NCBI GenBank assembly: GCA_963666345.1
Contig: OY762721.1
Coordinates: forward strand, 1,536,001-1,600,000
Length of the DNA: 64,000 nucleotides
Direction: 5' to 3'
From: Desulfatiglandales bacterium
Lineage (GTDB): Bacteria > Desulfobacterota > DSM-4660 > Desulfatiglandales > Desulfatiglandaceae
The notes under the pieces are model-generated. The model did not search any database. It had not been told where the DNA came from and saw nothing but the letters and a program-made list of their open reading frames with translations. Positions 9,621 to 19,665 of the stretch are shown piece by piece (within the stretch, counting starts at the first letter, position 1; every line of letters begins with the position of its first letter). Both the position numbers and the translations under genes were made by a program.

Positions 9621-9651
9621 GAGAAAAGCATAAAATCATGGGCGTCCCCCT
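9621..9651 (+). repeat. Cassette-delimiting motif copy L3
   Basis: GAGAAAAGCATAAAATCATGGGCGTCCCCCT. Confidence 0.95.
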
Positions 9652-9892
9652 TATCTTTTTATGGTACAATAAATGTCCGATTATCATCCGGCATTTTGCG
9701 GAAATCATCCTATTTATTGCCATCCCAGCCGGTGCATAGACTCACTCAAGGGCCAGGCCAATTTTCAAAGAAATCTGCCCGAATCAGGCAGGGATCAGGC
9801 AACCTGGTTGAAATCGGTCATAAATTGTGACCGGTTCCAATCAGCAACATATGAGGCCACCATACAAAACCATCAGGATCAGGAAGTATAAA

Positions 9893-10417
9893 ATGCCCGG
9901 TCTTTTGCCTATTGAAAGAATCATCGAAAGGATTCATCTCATAAGAGGTATAAAGGTTATGATAGACAAGGATTTGGCACAGCTCTATGGTGTGGAAACA
10001 AAAGTCCTGAAGCAGTCTGTAAGAAGGAATATAAGACGGTTTCCCTCAGATTTCATGTTTGAACTGACAACACAGGAATATCAGTTTTTAAGGTCACAAA
10101 ATGTGACCTTAAAGAGAGGGCAGCACTCAAAGTACCCACCCTTTGCCTTTACAGAACAGGGAGTAGCAATGCTTTCATCAGTTCTTAACAGCGAGCGCGC
10201 AATAAATGCAAACATCCAGATCATGAGGGCATTTACACAGCTACGCCAGGTTTTGGCAGGACATGAGGACTTGAAAAGGAAGATAGAAGATCTTGAAAAA
10301 AAGTATGACCCCCAGTTCAGCGTAGTATTTGACGCAATCAAGGCCTTGATGGAAGAAGATCAAAAACCCCGAAGAAAAATCGGATTTGTGATAAAGGATA
10401 AAAAAGAGACTCACTGA
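9893..10417 (+). CDS. ORF6N domain DNA-binding protein
   Basis: IRGIKVMIDKDLAQLYGVETK..VRRNIRRFPSDFMFELT; PFAFTEQGVAMLSSVLNS. Confidence 0.92.
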   Translation: MPGLLPIERIIERIHLIRGIKVMIDKDLAQLYGVETKVLKQSVRRNIRRFPSDFMFELTTQEYQFLRSQNVTLKRGQHSKYPPFAFTEQGVAMLSSVLNSERAINANIQIMRAFTQLRQVLAGHEDLKRKIEDLEKKYDPQFSVVFDAIKALMEEDQKPRRKIGFVIKDKKETH

Positions 10418-10442
10418 AAGATATGTGGTTTGTAACATAAGG

Positions 10443-10474
10443 GGAAAAACGCATAAAATCATGGGCGTCCCCCT
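10443..10474 (+). repeat. Cassette-delimiting motif copy L4
   Basis: GGAAAAACGCATAAAATCATGGGCGTCCCCCT. Confidence 0.93.
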
Positions 10475-10903
10475 GTCATAGGGCTATCTGATGCCCTTAA
10501 GGATGAAGAGAGGCTCGCAAATTCTTTTGCAGACAGCATCACCCCTCTTCTTATTCCAGAGATACAAATTCATGCCTGGCGCGACAGGGAACTGATCGTC
10601 GTTACGGTACCTCATACTGCAGGGCCTTTTTACATTAAGGCAGAGGGTCTTGAAAACGGTGTTTACATAAGGTTAGGTTCTACGAACCGTAGGGCAGGCT
10701 CTGAAATGATCGCTGAACTCCAGCGACTTGCACGCAACTCTTTCTTTGATGAAAAGCCTTTCCCGGAAATCAACTCGGAAGATATTGACTTCCGAGCAGC
10801 TTCCGAGTTCTTTTCTGCTGTAGCCCGTAAATTGACATCTCCAAGAATGGAATCTCTTGGTCTAGTTGTCGATCACGGTGGAAACAGCAGCAGGGCTTTT
10901 TAA
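10475..10903 (+). pseudogene. Internal fragment of an AlbA_2/ATP-binding (RecG-like regulator) gene
   Basis: Open frame from the first base after L4: VIGLSDALKDEERLANSFADSITP..GVYIRLGSTNRRA..SFFDEKP; no start codon or RBS, and truncated at the 3' end. Confidence 0.7.
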
Positions 10904-10926
10904 AGAAAATTAAAGATGACATATTG

Positions 10927-10960
10927 GAGAAAAAACGCATAAAATCATGGGCGTCCCCCT
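10927..10960 (+). repeat. Cassette-delimiting motif copy L5
   Basis: GAGAAAAAACGCATAAAATCATGGGCGTCCCCCT. Confidence 0.93.
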
Positions 10961-11033
10961 GTCATGGACAGGCAACCGATGCCTCAAATTTCGATCTCAT
11001 AACCTGGCTTGTCACCAAATCAGGAAAAGGCTG

Positions 11034-12500
11034 ATGGCTGATCTCAAAGCGCTTATAAAACAGGGAGAAGGCGTTTCTATTGAATTCAAGGAATGTAGAC
11101 GAGCCCTTAACCGGGATGTTTATGAGACCGTCTGCGCGTTTCTCAACCGTCACGGTGGAAACCTGCTCCTCGGGGTCAGTGATGCCGGTGAAGTTACCGG
11201 TGTTGATCCGGACTGCATTGCTAACATTAAAAAAGACTTTGTAACGACCATTAACAATCTGCAGAAACTCCATCCTCCTGCCTATTTGTCAGTCGATGAG
11301 GTTGATATAGAAGGCAAGACGGTCTTGCGCATTTATGTGCCGGAGAGTTCACAGGTCCACCGCTGCAACGGGCGAATTTACGACCGCAATGAAGACGGTG
11401 ACCTCGATATTACGGATCATACCCGGCAGGTAGCCGACCTGTATCATCGCAAACAATCCAGCTACTCGGAGAACAAGATCTATCCGCATGCAGGTCTTGA
11501 AGATCTGCGGTCCGACCTCATTGATAAATGCCGCAGACTTGCAGGTGTCTGGCGAGAGGGGCATCCCTGGCTTGATATGGACGATATGGAGCTGTTGAAA
11601 AGCGCGCAACTCCACCAGACGGACCCTGAAACAGGCAAAAGAGGCATCACCTTGGCCGGCATACTACTGCTCGGTAACGACCAGCTCATTTTAACGGCGG
11701 TACCGCATCACCGGACCGATTTGATCCTGCGCAAGGTCAACCTGGATCGCTATGATGACCGGGATTTGGTGTGCACCAACTTGCTCGAAAGTTATGACCG
11801 TATTATTGCCTTTGTGCAGAAGCATTTGCCGGACCCCTTTTTTCTGGAGGGAATGGAACGTATCAGCATTCGCGATACCATCTTTCGTGAGGTAGCCTCC
11901 AACATCTTGATTCACCGGGAATTCACCAACGCTTTCCCTGCCAAGTTGATTATCGAGCGTGGTCAGGTACGCACCGAAAACAGCAACAAGCCTAATGGGT
12001 TCGGCGTCCTCGACCCGGCCACTTTCACTCCATTCCCCAAGAATCCTGTGATCGGCGCATTTTTCCGGGAAATTCACCGCGCTGATGAACTAGGCTCCGG
12101 AATGCGTAAGATGATGCGCTATGGCAGGGCCTATGGCGGTGCCGATCCGGAAATGATCGAAGGCGATGTGTTTAGAATCGTTGCCAAGACTCCGGAATTC
12201 AGCGCAACAGGTGAAGGGGAAGTCACCCCCCATGTCACCCCCCATGTCACCCCCCATGTCACCCCCCATGTAAAAAAGCTGCTTAAGATTTGTGAGGGTG
12301 AGAAAGGAAGGGCGGAACTACAGGAGTTGCTAAATATAAAAGACAGGAAGTATTTCCGGGAATCTTATTTAACCCCTTCATTTGAAATCGGATTTATTGA
12401 GATGACTATTCCGGATAAACCTCAAAGTCGACTACAGAAATACCGGCTGACGGCAAAAGGAAAGGCATGGTTGGATAAGAATAGGGATAAGGGAAAATAA
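11034..12500 (+). CDS. AlbA_2 (Schlafen-like) + HATPase-like + C-terminal HTH protein
   Basis: GEGVSIEFKE, ETVCAFLN.HGGNLLLGVSD, REVASNILIHREF, DELGSG, PDKPQSRLQKYRLT; start moved to 11034 because the track start lies inside motif L5. Confidence 0.85.
   Translation: MADLKALIKQGEGVSIEFKECRRALNRDVYETVCAFLNRHGGNLLLGVSDAGEVTGVDPDCIANIKKDFVTTINNLQKLHPPAYLSVDEVDIEGKTVLRIYVPESSQVHRCNGRIYDRNEDGDLDITDHTRQVADLYHRKQSSYSENKIYPHAGLEDLRSDLIDKCRRLAGVWREGHPWLDMDDMELLKSAQLHQTDPETGKRGITLAGILLLGNDQLILTAVPHHRTDLILRKVNLDRYDDRDLVCTNLLESYDRIIAFVQKHLPDPFFLEGMERISIRDTIFREVASNILIHREFTNAFPAKLIIERGQVRTENSNKPNGFGVLDPATFTPFPKNPVIGAFFREIHRADELGSGMRKMMRYGRAYGGADPEMIEGDVFRIVAKTPEFSATGEGEVTPHVTPHVTPHVTPHVKKLLKICEGEKGRAELQELLNIKDRKYFRESYLTPSFEIGFIEMTIPDKPQSRLQKYRLTAKGKAWLDKNRDKGK
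12222..12269 (+). repeat. In-frame 12-bp tandem repeat x4 (VTPH)
   Basis: GTCACCCCCCAT x4, perfect. Confidence 0.95.
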
Positions 12501-12590
12501 GTTGATAAGATTGGATCATCTCCAAAAGAGTTGATCTAAATGAAGGATTCTTCGCTCCGCTCAGTCCCACTGCTTCGCAGCGGGTTCCCA

Positions 12591-12652
12591 GTTTCGAAGG
12601 GTCAAGGGTTCGCGGGTTCGAGTGAAACGCTTAAAAATTACAAAGAGTTAAA
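12591..12652 (+). repeat. Octamer-repeat leader plus decayed start of a four-helix-bundle-type gene (copy 2 at 32070-32130)
   Basis: GGTTCGAG-like octamers, then GAAACGCTTAAAAATTACAAAGAG (xLKNYKEL). Confidence 0.5.
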
Positions 12653-12780
12653 CATCCAGGAATTGGTCATTTCCGGATATTGCTTTCAGCCATCAGCAAA
12701 TGACAAATAAGTTGATATTCCGGATCTGTTACTGACAGCTGAGCGCTGAGAGCTGATAGCTGATAGCTTGAGCCTATAAT
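12651..12780. repeat. Palindromic heptamer-repeat element (copy 2 at 28201-28374)
   Basis: CATCCAG.AAT..TCATTTC..TTCAGCCATCAGC ... CTGAGCGCTGAGAGCTGATAGCTGATAGC. Confidence 0.7.
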
Positions 12781-12922
12781 TCATTTGACTTTCCCGCTTC
12801 ATTCTTATTAGCCTGTATCGGTTTGTACTAAAAATATTTTTGAAAATTCTTGTTTTTTGCACGATTTTGTATTTAATCTGTATTTCCCTGCGAACATTTT
12901 TTCAGACTCACGCTGACGCAAA

Positions 12923-13165
12923 ATGCAAAAAAACAGGCCTGCCGCAAAAGATAGATTCACCGGATGCCTCATCGGGCTTGCAACAGCAAACGCCCCCGGC
13001 ACAACACTAGAGTTTAACCCTCCCCCTACATTTGAACCGATAAGCGATATCACCGGCGCCTTTTACGGATATGAGGGTATCCCAAACGAATGGATTTAAA
13101 AAATCGCCATAAGTGATATTATAGAGGAAACAGCAGCAGGACTTTTTAAAGGCGAGGGGAAATGA
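12923..13165 (+). pseudogene. Internally deleted ADP-ribosylglycohydrolase (DraG-like)
   Basis: DRFTGCLIGLATANAPGTTLEF..FEPISDI joined directly to the C-terminal GAFYGYEGIPNEWI*KIA; stop at 13097. Confidence 0.7.
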
Positions 13166-13244
13166 TCTATCGGGAGATAAATGGATAATCTCACGGGTGT
13201 CCATATAACCATTAACACTTCAACCAAAATATAGGCAAAATTTT

Positions 13245-13589
13245 ATGAAAGAATTGATTCAAAAGTTGAGAAATTTCGCAAAAGAAAGAGAATGGGAACA
13301 ATTCCATTCGCCCAAAAACCTTGCCATGGCACTGAGCGTTGAAGTTGCTGAGATTGTCGAAATATTTCAATGGTTGACACAGGAGGAAAGCAAAAACTTA
13401 AGGCCAGATGTATTGCAAAAGGTCAAAGAAGAAATTGGGGATGTAACGATATTCCTTACGAATTTAGCAGACAAACTTGGGATTGATCTTTTAGCGGCTG
13501 CAATGGAAAAGATTGAAGTCAACGAGCGGAAATATCCCGTGGATAAAGCAAAGGGAAGTGCCAAAAAATACACGGAATTTGAAAAATGA
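13245..13589 (+). CDS. MazG-like nucleotide pyrophosphohydrolase
   Basis: FAKEREWEQFHSPKNLAMALSVEVAEI..EEIGDV..KYP. Confidence 0.92.
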   Translation: MKELIQKLRNFAKEREWEQFHSPKNLAMALSVEVAEIVEIFQWLTQEESKNLRPDVLQKVKEEIGDVTIFLTNLADKLGIDLLAAAMEKIEVNERKYPVDKAKGSAKKYTEFEK

Positions 13590-15554
13590 TCGTATATTCT
13601 TCGACCAAATCAGAGTTCAGACAGGATGTCCGTGATAACCGAATTGACGGATTAATACTAGAAGCCTATCAACGCAACCTTGGCCACTCGACCAGTAAGG
13701 CAGAAATAGCATCATGGAAGAACTCCATGATGTATATGAACAATATACTGGAAGATGATGATATACCTGATAATACAGGCGTGGCCATCGAATATAAGGT
13801 CCCTCAAACCTCAAAGCGTATCGATTTTATTCTTACCGGTACTAATAACCAAAATAGAAGTACAGCAATTATTGTGGAGCTCAAACAATGGTCAGATGCA
13901 AAACTCACAGATAAAGATGGTGTCGTAAAAACAACCCTAGGTGGGGTACAGCGAGAAGTTAATCATCCGTCATACCAAGCCTGGACATATGCAGCCTTAC
14001 TTGAAGATTTTAATAAAACAGTTCAGGAGCAGAATATAGCGCTAAAACCATGTGCATACCTACATAATATGAAAAAAGGGGATGTAATCAAAAATCCTCG
14101 ATATAGGAGCTATCTTCAAAAAGCACCATCATTTATAAGAACAGATGCTAAAAGGCTATCCGACTTTATCAAACAATTCATACGCTATGGGGATTCAGGC
14201 AAAATCATATTTGAGATTGATAATGGCAAGATCAGACCATCCAAAAATCTGGCAGACAAACTTCTATCGATGCTTCAAGGCAATGAAGAATTTATTATGA
14301 TTGACGACCAAAAACTCGTCTTTGAAGCAGCTTTAAATCTGGTACAAATATCAACTGTTAAAGATAAGCATGTACTCATAGTGGAAGGTGGTCCAGGTAC
14401 AGGGAAGTCTGTTATTGCCATTAACCTGCTTGTACAGTTAACAAATGACAGACTCGTTTCACAATATGTGACAAAGAATGCTGCGCCACGTGATGTCTAT
14501 GAAAGTGTGCTGACAGGTTCGTTCACTAAAAGTCATATTTCTAATTTGTTTATTGGATCAGGTGGCTATATAAATTGTGAGCCGAATATCTTTGATGCAT
14601 TAATCGTTGATGAAGCCCACCGTCTCAATGAAAAATCAGGGATGTTCCAAAACAAGGGTGAAAATCAAATAAAGGAGATCATTAAGGCATCTAAGGCCAG
14701 CATTTTTTTTATCGATGAAGATCAACGTGTTACTTGGAAGGATATAGGCGAAATAAGGGAAATAGAAAAATGGGCCAATAAACTCGGTGCAACCGTTCAT
14801 AGAATGGAATTGCAATCTCAATTTAGATGTAATGGTTCAGACGGTTATCTGGCTTGGATCGATAATGTTCTACAAATAAAAGAAACCGCAAATGATACCT
14901 TAGAAGGCATTGATTTCGACTTTCGTGTTTTTGATTCACCGAATAAGCTAAGAGAGGCTATTCTAGATAAGAATAAAATCAATAATAAAGCAAGGTTAGT
15001 AGCAGGCTATTGTTGGAATTGGATAAGCAAAAAGCCAGAAAATAAGGCACAAAATGACATAGTCATCGAGGAGGATAACTTCGCGATGAGATGGAATCTT
15101 GCGTCAGATGGTAATTTATGGATTCGCAAACCAGAGGCAGTTAATGAGATCGGATGCATTCATACATGTCAAGGGTTGGAACTTGACTACATCGGCGTGA
15201 TCCTTGGCCCCGATATTGTTATAAGAAATGGTGAATTGTTAGTTCAACCAGATCAAAGGGCAAAGACAGATCAATCCCTAAAAGGTTATAAGAAGGCATT
15301 AAACGAAAATCCAGGAGCTGCCATTGCTAAAGCTGAAGCTATTGTCAAGAATACATACAGAACACTGATGTCACGAGGGCAAAAGGGTTGTTATATCTAC
15401 AGTACAGACCCAGAAACAAACGCATATTTTTCAGAACTAGCAAAATCAGTTTGTCAATAGGCGTTGAAAATTGACCCATCATCGGCGTCCAAAATTGACC
15501 CACCCCTGAGAAAAAAATATGGTTAAATAGTTGAGTAGTTGATCCCTTCTTTAT

Positions 15555-16286
15555 CTATGAAGCTGCGTGTTTCATTCTCCAGCTTTCGTTACCTGTTTCT
15601 ATAATTTCACAATGATGAGTCAATCGATCAAGCATGGCCGTAGTCATCTTTTTATCTCCAAAGACTTGGGGCCATTCACCGAAGGTCAAGTTGGTGGTAA
15701 TCACTATGGATGTCTGTTCGTAGAGTTTTGATATAAGATGAAAGAGCAGTTGACTGCCGTTTTTGGAAAAAGGCAGATAACCCAGTTCATCGAGGACCAC
15801 AAGATCAAATCGAAGTAGTCTTGCTGTGATTTTGCCGGCCAATCCAATCATTTTTTCCTGCTCAAGCTCATTTGCCAGATCCACCAGGTTATAAAACTTG
15901 CACTTCCTGCCATTCCTTATGGCCTGGGCCGCTATAGTTATGGCTAAATGGGTTTTGCCCGTACCGGTGCCACCTACAAAAATCAGGTTGATATGTTCGG
16001 CTATAAAATCACCCTGATAAATAGACCTAATCTGGGCTTCATCAACACAGGCCCCGTTAAAATCAAAGCCATCGATATCTTTAAGGACAGGAAACCTGGC
16101 CTGTCCCATACGATATCGGATACTCCTTATATATCTTTCGGCAGCTTCAGCCTTGAGCAGTTCCAGGATTACCTTTTCAGGAGTTGAATGGGTCTTGCGT
16201 CCATTGGAGACAACTTCATCATAAATGGACTGCATACCCCGCAACTTTAGTTTTTCCATATGGTCCATGATATCATTGCGCAGCAT
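15555..16286 (-). CDS. istB: IS21 ATPase helper IstB
   Basis: [32 protein letters not shown]. Confidence 0.95.
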   Translation of the reverse strand: MLRNDIMDHMEKLKLRGMQSIYDEVVSNGRKTHSTPEKVILELLKAEAAERYIRSIRYRMGQARFPVLKDIDGFDFNGACVDEAQIRSIYQGDFIAEHINLIFVGGTGTGKTHLAITIAAQAIRNGRKCKFYNLVDLANELEQEKMIGLAGKITARLLRFDLVVLDELGYLPFSKNGSQLLFHLISKLYEQTSIVITTNLTFGEWPQVFGDKKMTTAMLDRLTHHCEIIETGNESWRMKHAAS

Positions 16287-17790
16287 GGTATCCCTCCCTT
16301 ACCAAACGTTCATAGCGGTGGCAGTCTGCTATGGGCTCTTGCTTGAGAATCAGATGGGAGGGGATACCCAAATCAGGCGTGCAATCCTGATCCTGATCCC
16401 TGTTTAAAAGATTGAGAACCACCTCTTTACTTACGGCCCTGATCTCTAGGGCCTCCTTACAGGCTTTACTTACAGCCTCAAGTCCGTAGAAAGGGACAGC
16501 ATTTAGAATGGCCACAAACTGACGGTCCCAGTCGGAAAAACGGTTTTGAAGCCCATTAAGGACGCCTTGCACAGGATGAGGAAGTTGCCAGTCTTTAAAG
16601 GGTGCTCCATTACGGAGAGCCCCGGGCTTACGTTCAAGGACCGGGACATAATGCCAGGGATTAAAAATAGTCTTGTTCTTTCCAAAATGCCTATCATGCT
16701 CTCCTACGATACAACCGTTATTTACTATCACTATCCGATCGGCATATACTCTCATATAGACCGCTTTACCCACCTGGCTGCAATTAACGCTGTATCGGTT
16801 CCGGTCATAGGTTACAAGTGAGCTGGGGGTAACCCTGGCTGGACGTTGTGCATATCCATCAAAGGGAGGTGGTAGATTTATCAGATAGGGTCTCTCTTCA
16901 CTGTAGACCTGCCAAACCGTCTTATCAGATATTGTTGGATGCTTACGGGTCTTTGCCCAGGTGATGCATTGTTCTCTAAGCAGCTCGTTTAGGTGTGTGA
17001 AATCCCTGGCCTTGATTCGGGGAGTGAAAAATCTCCTTCTGACCACACCTACCTGGTTTTCCACCTGACCCTTTTCCCAGCCTGCAGCAGGGGTGCAGCT
17101 TACCGGTTCAAATAAATAATGGGAACACAGTTGGCTGAAGCGGCTGTTGAACTGTCTTTCCCTTCCTCCCAGGATCTTGTTAACCACTGTTTTGAGATTG
17201 TCATATATGCCTTTACGGCAAACTCCTCCAAAAAACTCAAAGGCCCTGATATGGGCATCAAACACCATCTCCTGGGTCTCTCTGGGGTAGGCAATACAAA
17301 GGAAGTAGCGGCTGTGACATAACCTTATATGTGCGACCTTTGCCTTTACTCTGCTTCCGTCCAGATCTACCCACTCATGACTCCAGTCAAACTGAAAGGC
17401 TTCTGCAGGATCAAATACCAAAGGTATAAATACCTCCTTTGGCAAGCTCCTTTGATCCTGGTGCCATCTTTGAACATATCTCCTTACGCTGTCATAGCCA
17501 CCTTCGTAGCCGTTGAGTTGCAGCTCTTCAAAAAGTATCTGGGCTGTCCTGCGCAGTTTTCTGGGCAGTTTCTCATCTTCTTCCAGAAAGCCTTTCAGCA
17601 TGTCTATAAACGGTCCTAGCTTGGGTCTCGGCTGGTTGCTTCGTTCGTACTGAAAAGATGTTTCTCCGCTCCTTATCGCCTTTTTTACTGTATTTTTGCT
17701 AAGGCGCAGATCCTTCGCTGTCTGACGTATGGATTTGCCATCTCTGAGAACAGCTAATCGTATCTTACGGATTGTTTCCACTGTGAGCAT
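16273..17790 (-). CDS. istA: IS21 transposase IstA
   Basis: N-terminal [28 protein letters not shown]. Confidence 0.95.
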   Translation of the reverse strand: MLTVETIRKIRLAVLRDGKSIRQTAKDLRLSKNTVKKAIRSGETSFQYERSNQPRPKLGPFIDMLKGFLEEDEKLPRKLRRTAQILFEELQLNGYEGGYDSVRRYVQRWHQDQRSLPKEVFIPLVFDPAEAFQFDWSHEWVDLDGSRVKAKVAHIRLCHSRYFLCIAYPRETQEMVFDAHIRAFEFFGGVCRKGIYDNLKTVVNKILGGRERQFNSRFSQLCSHYLFEPVSCTPAAGWEKGQVENQVGVVRRRFFTPRIKARDFTHLNELLREQCITWAKTRKHPTISDKTVWQVYSEERPYLINLPPPFDGYAQRPARVTPSSLVTYDRNRYSVNCSQVGKAVYMRVYADRIVIVNNGCIVGEHDRHFGKNKTIFNPWHYVPVLERKPGALRNGAPFKDWQLPHPVQGVLNGLQNRFSDWDRQFVAILNAVPFYGLEAVSKACKEALEIRAVSKEVVLNLLNRDQDQDCTPDLGIPSHLILKQEPIADCHRYERLVREGYHAAQ

Positions 17791-18581
17791 CCCTTTCCGC
17801 CTCCTTCTACCATAGTCACAGCAGAATAGAAGGCTTTCAGGGGTGGGTCAATTTTGGACGCCGATTCGCCCTATAGGTGGGTCATTTTTGCATGCCGATT
17901 CACAATCAGTTGATTATGAACAAAAGCAGGAGGAATTTACAGAAGCTGTGTTGGTTAATCAAGAAGAATTTCAATCAGACCAATATCCGGGTTTAAAGCT
18001 AAAGGTATTAAAGCATCATGAAGTAAAGCCTTTTGAAAACGCTGTACCGATATACGACCTCAAAATAGCAGCCGGTCAGTTTAGTGAGGAACAACTGGTC
18101 TCTGAATCCGATTGGGTGGCATTACCCGATTCGTTTCGTCCACAAAAAGGTCATTTTGTCACGTGTGTTGTGGGTGAGTCTATGAACAAGCGTATCCCTA
18201 ACGGAGCCTGGTGCTTATTTAAGGCAAATCAGGGTGGAAGTAGAAATAACAAGGTAGTTATTGTTCAGCACAGGGATATTCAAGATCAGGATACAGGCGC
18301 ATCATATACGGTAAAGCTATATTGCAGTGAGAAGATAACTGAAGGGGATGAATGGAGACACCGCAGAATTGTGTTGAAGCCAGATTCGTATATAGAGGGC
18401 TATGAGGAACTGGTGCTTGAAGATGATTCTCTTGTTGATTTGAGTGTTATCGGCGAGTTAATAGCTGTACTTGGTTAATGTATTATTCCAATACTATTAT
18501 AATTCTATGGACCTGTTATCTCAGGGGAATATTTTAGTTGATAGCTGAATGCTTTTTAATATCAAAGATTCAAGACTAAAA

Positions 18582-18656
18582 TACCCCCCTTTTGTAGATC
18601 ATATTATTTCCAACCATGAAAGCTATTATAGTTGCTTAGAAAATGGGGATATATGA
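18582..18656 (+). pseudogene. Possible RadC/JAB C-terminal remnant
   Basis: FVDHIISNHESYYSCLENGDI* resembles the RadC ending LDHII...YYSF.E.G. Confidence 0.35.
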
Positions 18657-18799
18657 AAGCAAAGGACCTCGTAACTTAACTTGGGGGCGTGACAACGGTT
18701 TGAAGTTACAAATTAAATTGGCTCAAAACCTGCTTGAAGTAGCACTTAGAATGGCATTTTTTGATTCAAAATGGGTATTTTAAGAATTTCTGGTGTACC

Positions 18800-18874
18800 A
18801 TGAAGGGCTATGTCGGCGTAACAGATAACGATTGGTTTGACTTCCTTTCTCAGCAACCGGAAATAGATGAGGTC
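18800..18874 (+). pseudogene. 5' stub of a paralog of the HNH gene at 20953
   Basis: MKGYVGVTDNDWFDFLSQQPEIDEV versus MKGYIGVTDNDWFSFLSKQPEIDEV. Confidence 0.85.
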
Positions 18875-18878
18875 CCGT

Positions 18879-19643
18879 ATGTATAGTCGCTACATTGGAA
18901 TCGATTATTCAGGCGCAAAAACTCCCATCTCCCGTTTAAAAGGCCTCCAAGTTTTCTGTGCAACTCCAAATGAAGATCCCATTAAAGTACACCCCCCAAA
19001 CCATATAGGCTGGAATTGGACGCGAAATGAGATTGCCCATTGGTGCTCAGAACAACTCCAAAGTAATAAACCCATAATAATTGGGATTGATCATGCTTTC
19101 TCCTTCCCAATAAGCTACATGAATCGTTATGGCATCAGGGACTGGGGCCACTTCCTTGAAGATTTCTACCACTACTGGTTTACATATAATGACAATATTA
19201 CAGTAGAATCCCTGCGAAAAAACAATCCAAGGTCCGGTAATCAAAGTGAGTTTAGACTTACAGAAATCTGGACATCCTCCGCAAAAAGCGTCTTTCAATT
19301 AGATGGCCCAGGTCAGGTTGGTAAATCGACCCATAGTGGAATTCCCTGGCTGAATTTTCTTCGCCAAGATCTTCAAATTCGAGAGCACGTGCATTTCTGG
19401 CCCTTCGACGGTTTCGAAGTGCCTCCCGGCAAGTCCGTATTGGCAGAGGTTTATCCTTCAATATTTCGAAACAGATATGCCAAAAATGAGAGAAATGAAC
19501 ATGAGCAAGATGCATATTCAATTGCTATGTGGTTGAAGGATATGGATAACCGCGGGGTTCTTGAGCGTTACTTTGATCCGCCCCTAAAAATAAAAGAAAG
19601 AGAACAGGTAAAACTTGAAGGGTGGATACTAGGAGTTTATTAG
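18879..19643 (+). CDS. Predicted RNase H-fold nuclease (DUF429-like)
   Basis: YIGIDYSGA, IIGIDHAFSFP, FWPFDG, AEVYP, EQDA, EGWILGV. Confidence 0.65.
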   Translation: MYSRYIGIDYSGAKTPISRLKGLQVFCATPNEDPIKVHPPNHIGWNWTRNEIAHWCSEQLQSNKPIIIGIDHAFSFPISYMNRYGIRDWGHFLEDFYHYWFTYNDNITVESLRKNNPRSGNQSEFRLTEIWTSSAKSVFQLDGPGQVGKSTHSGIPWLNFLRQDLQIREHVHFWPFDGFEVPPGKSVLAEVYPSIFRNRYAKNERNEHEQDAYSIAMWLKDMDNRGVLERYFDPPLKIKEREQVKLEGWILGVY

Positions 19644-19665
19644 TATTTTTAGAGAGGACAATGAT

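Larger units (their letters stand above)
15452..17904 (-). mobile_element. IS21-family insertion sequence, 2453 bp, 7-bp TSD ATCAGTT
   Basis: TG..CA ends; repeated terminal motifs AAAATTGACCCA / TGGGTCAATTTT; ATCAGTT at 15445-15451 and 17905-17911; istA-istB inside. Confidence 0.95.
13586..18478 (+). pseudogene. DUF2075 ATPase/helicase-like protein with C-terminal S24/LexA-like domain, split by IS21
   Basis: VELKQW, GGPGTGKS Walker A, VDEAH, GCIHTCQGLELDY; removing the IS and one TSD joins AKSV|DYEQ in frame (622+188=810 aa); C-terminal part has VVGESMNKRIPNG and YTVK. Confidence 0.85.

Noticed and set aside
10947..11033. Track start MGVPLSW for the AlbA protein
   Set aside because: The ATG belongs to motif L5; family-like sequence and an RBS begin at 11034.
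15452..17904. IS21 as the enzyme that built the cassette array
   Set aside because: Its ends share no clear similarity with the motif beyond GGCGTCC, and it has its own TSD inside a gene.
17843..17911. Independent 211-aa gene starting MGQFWTPI
   Set aside because: The start lies in the IS21 terminal repeat; the rest is the severed C-terminus of the DUF2075 gene.
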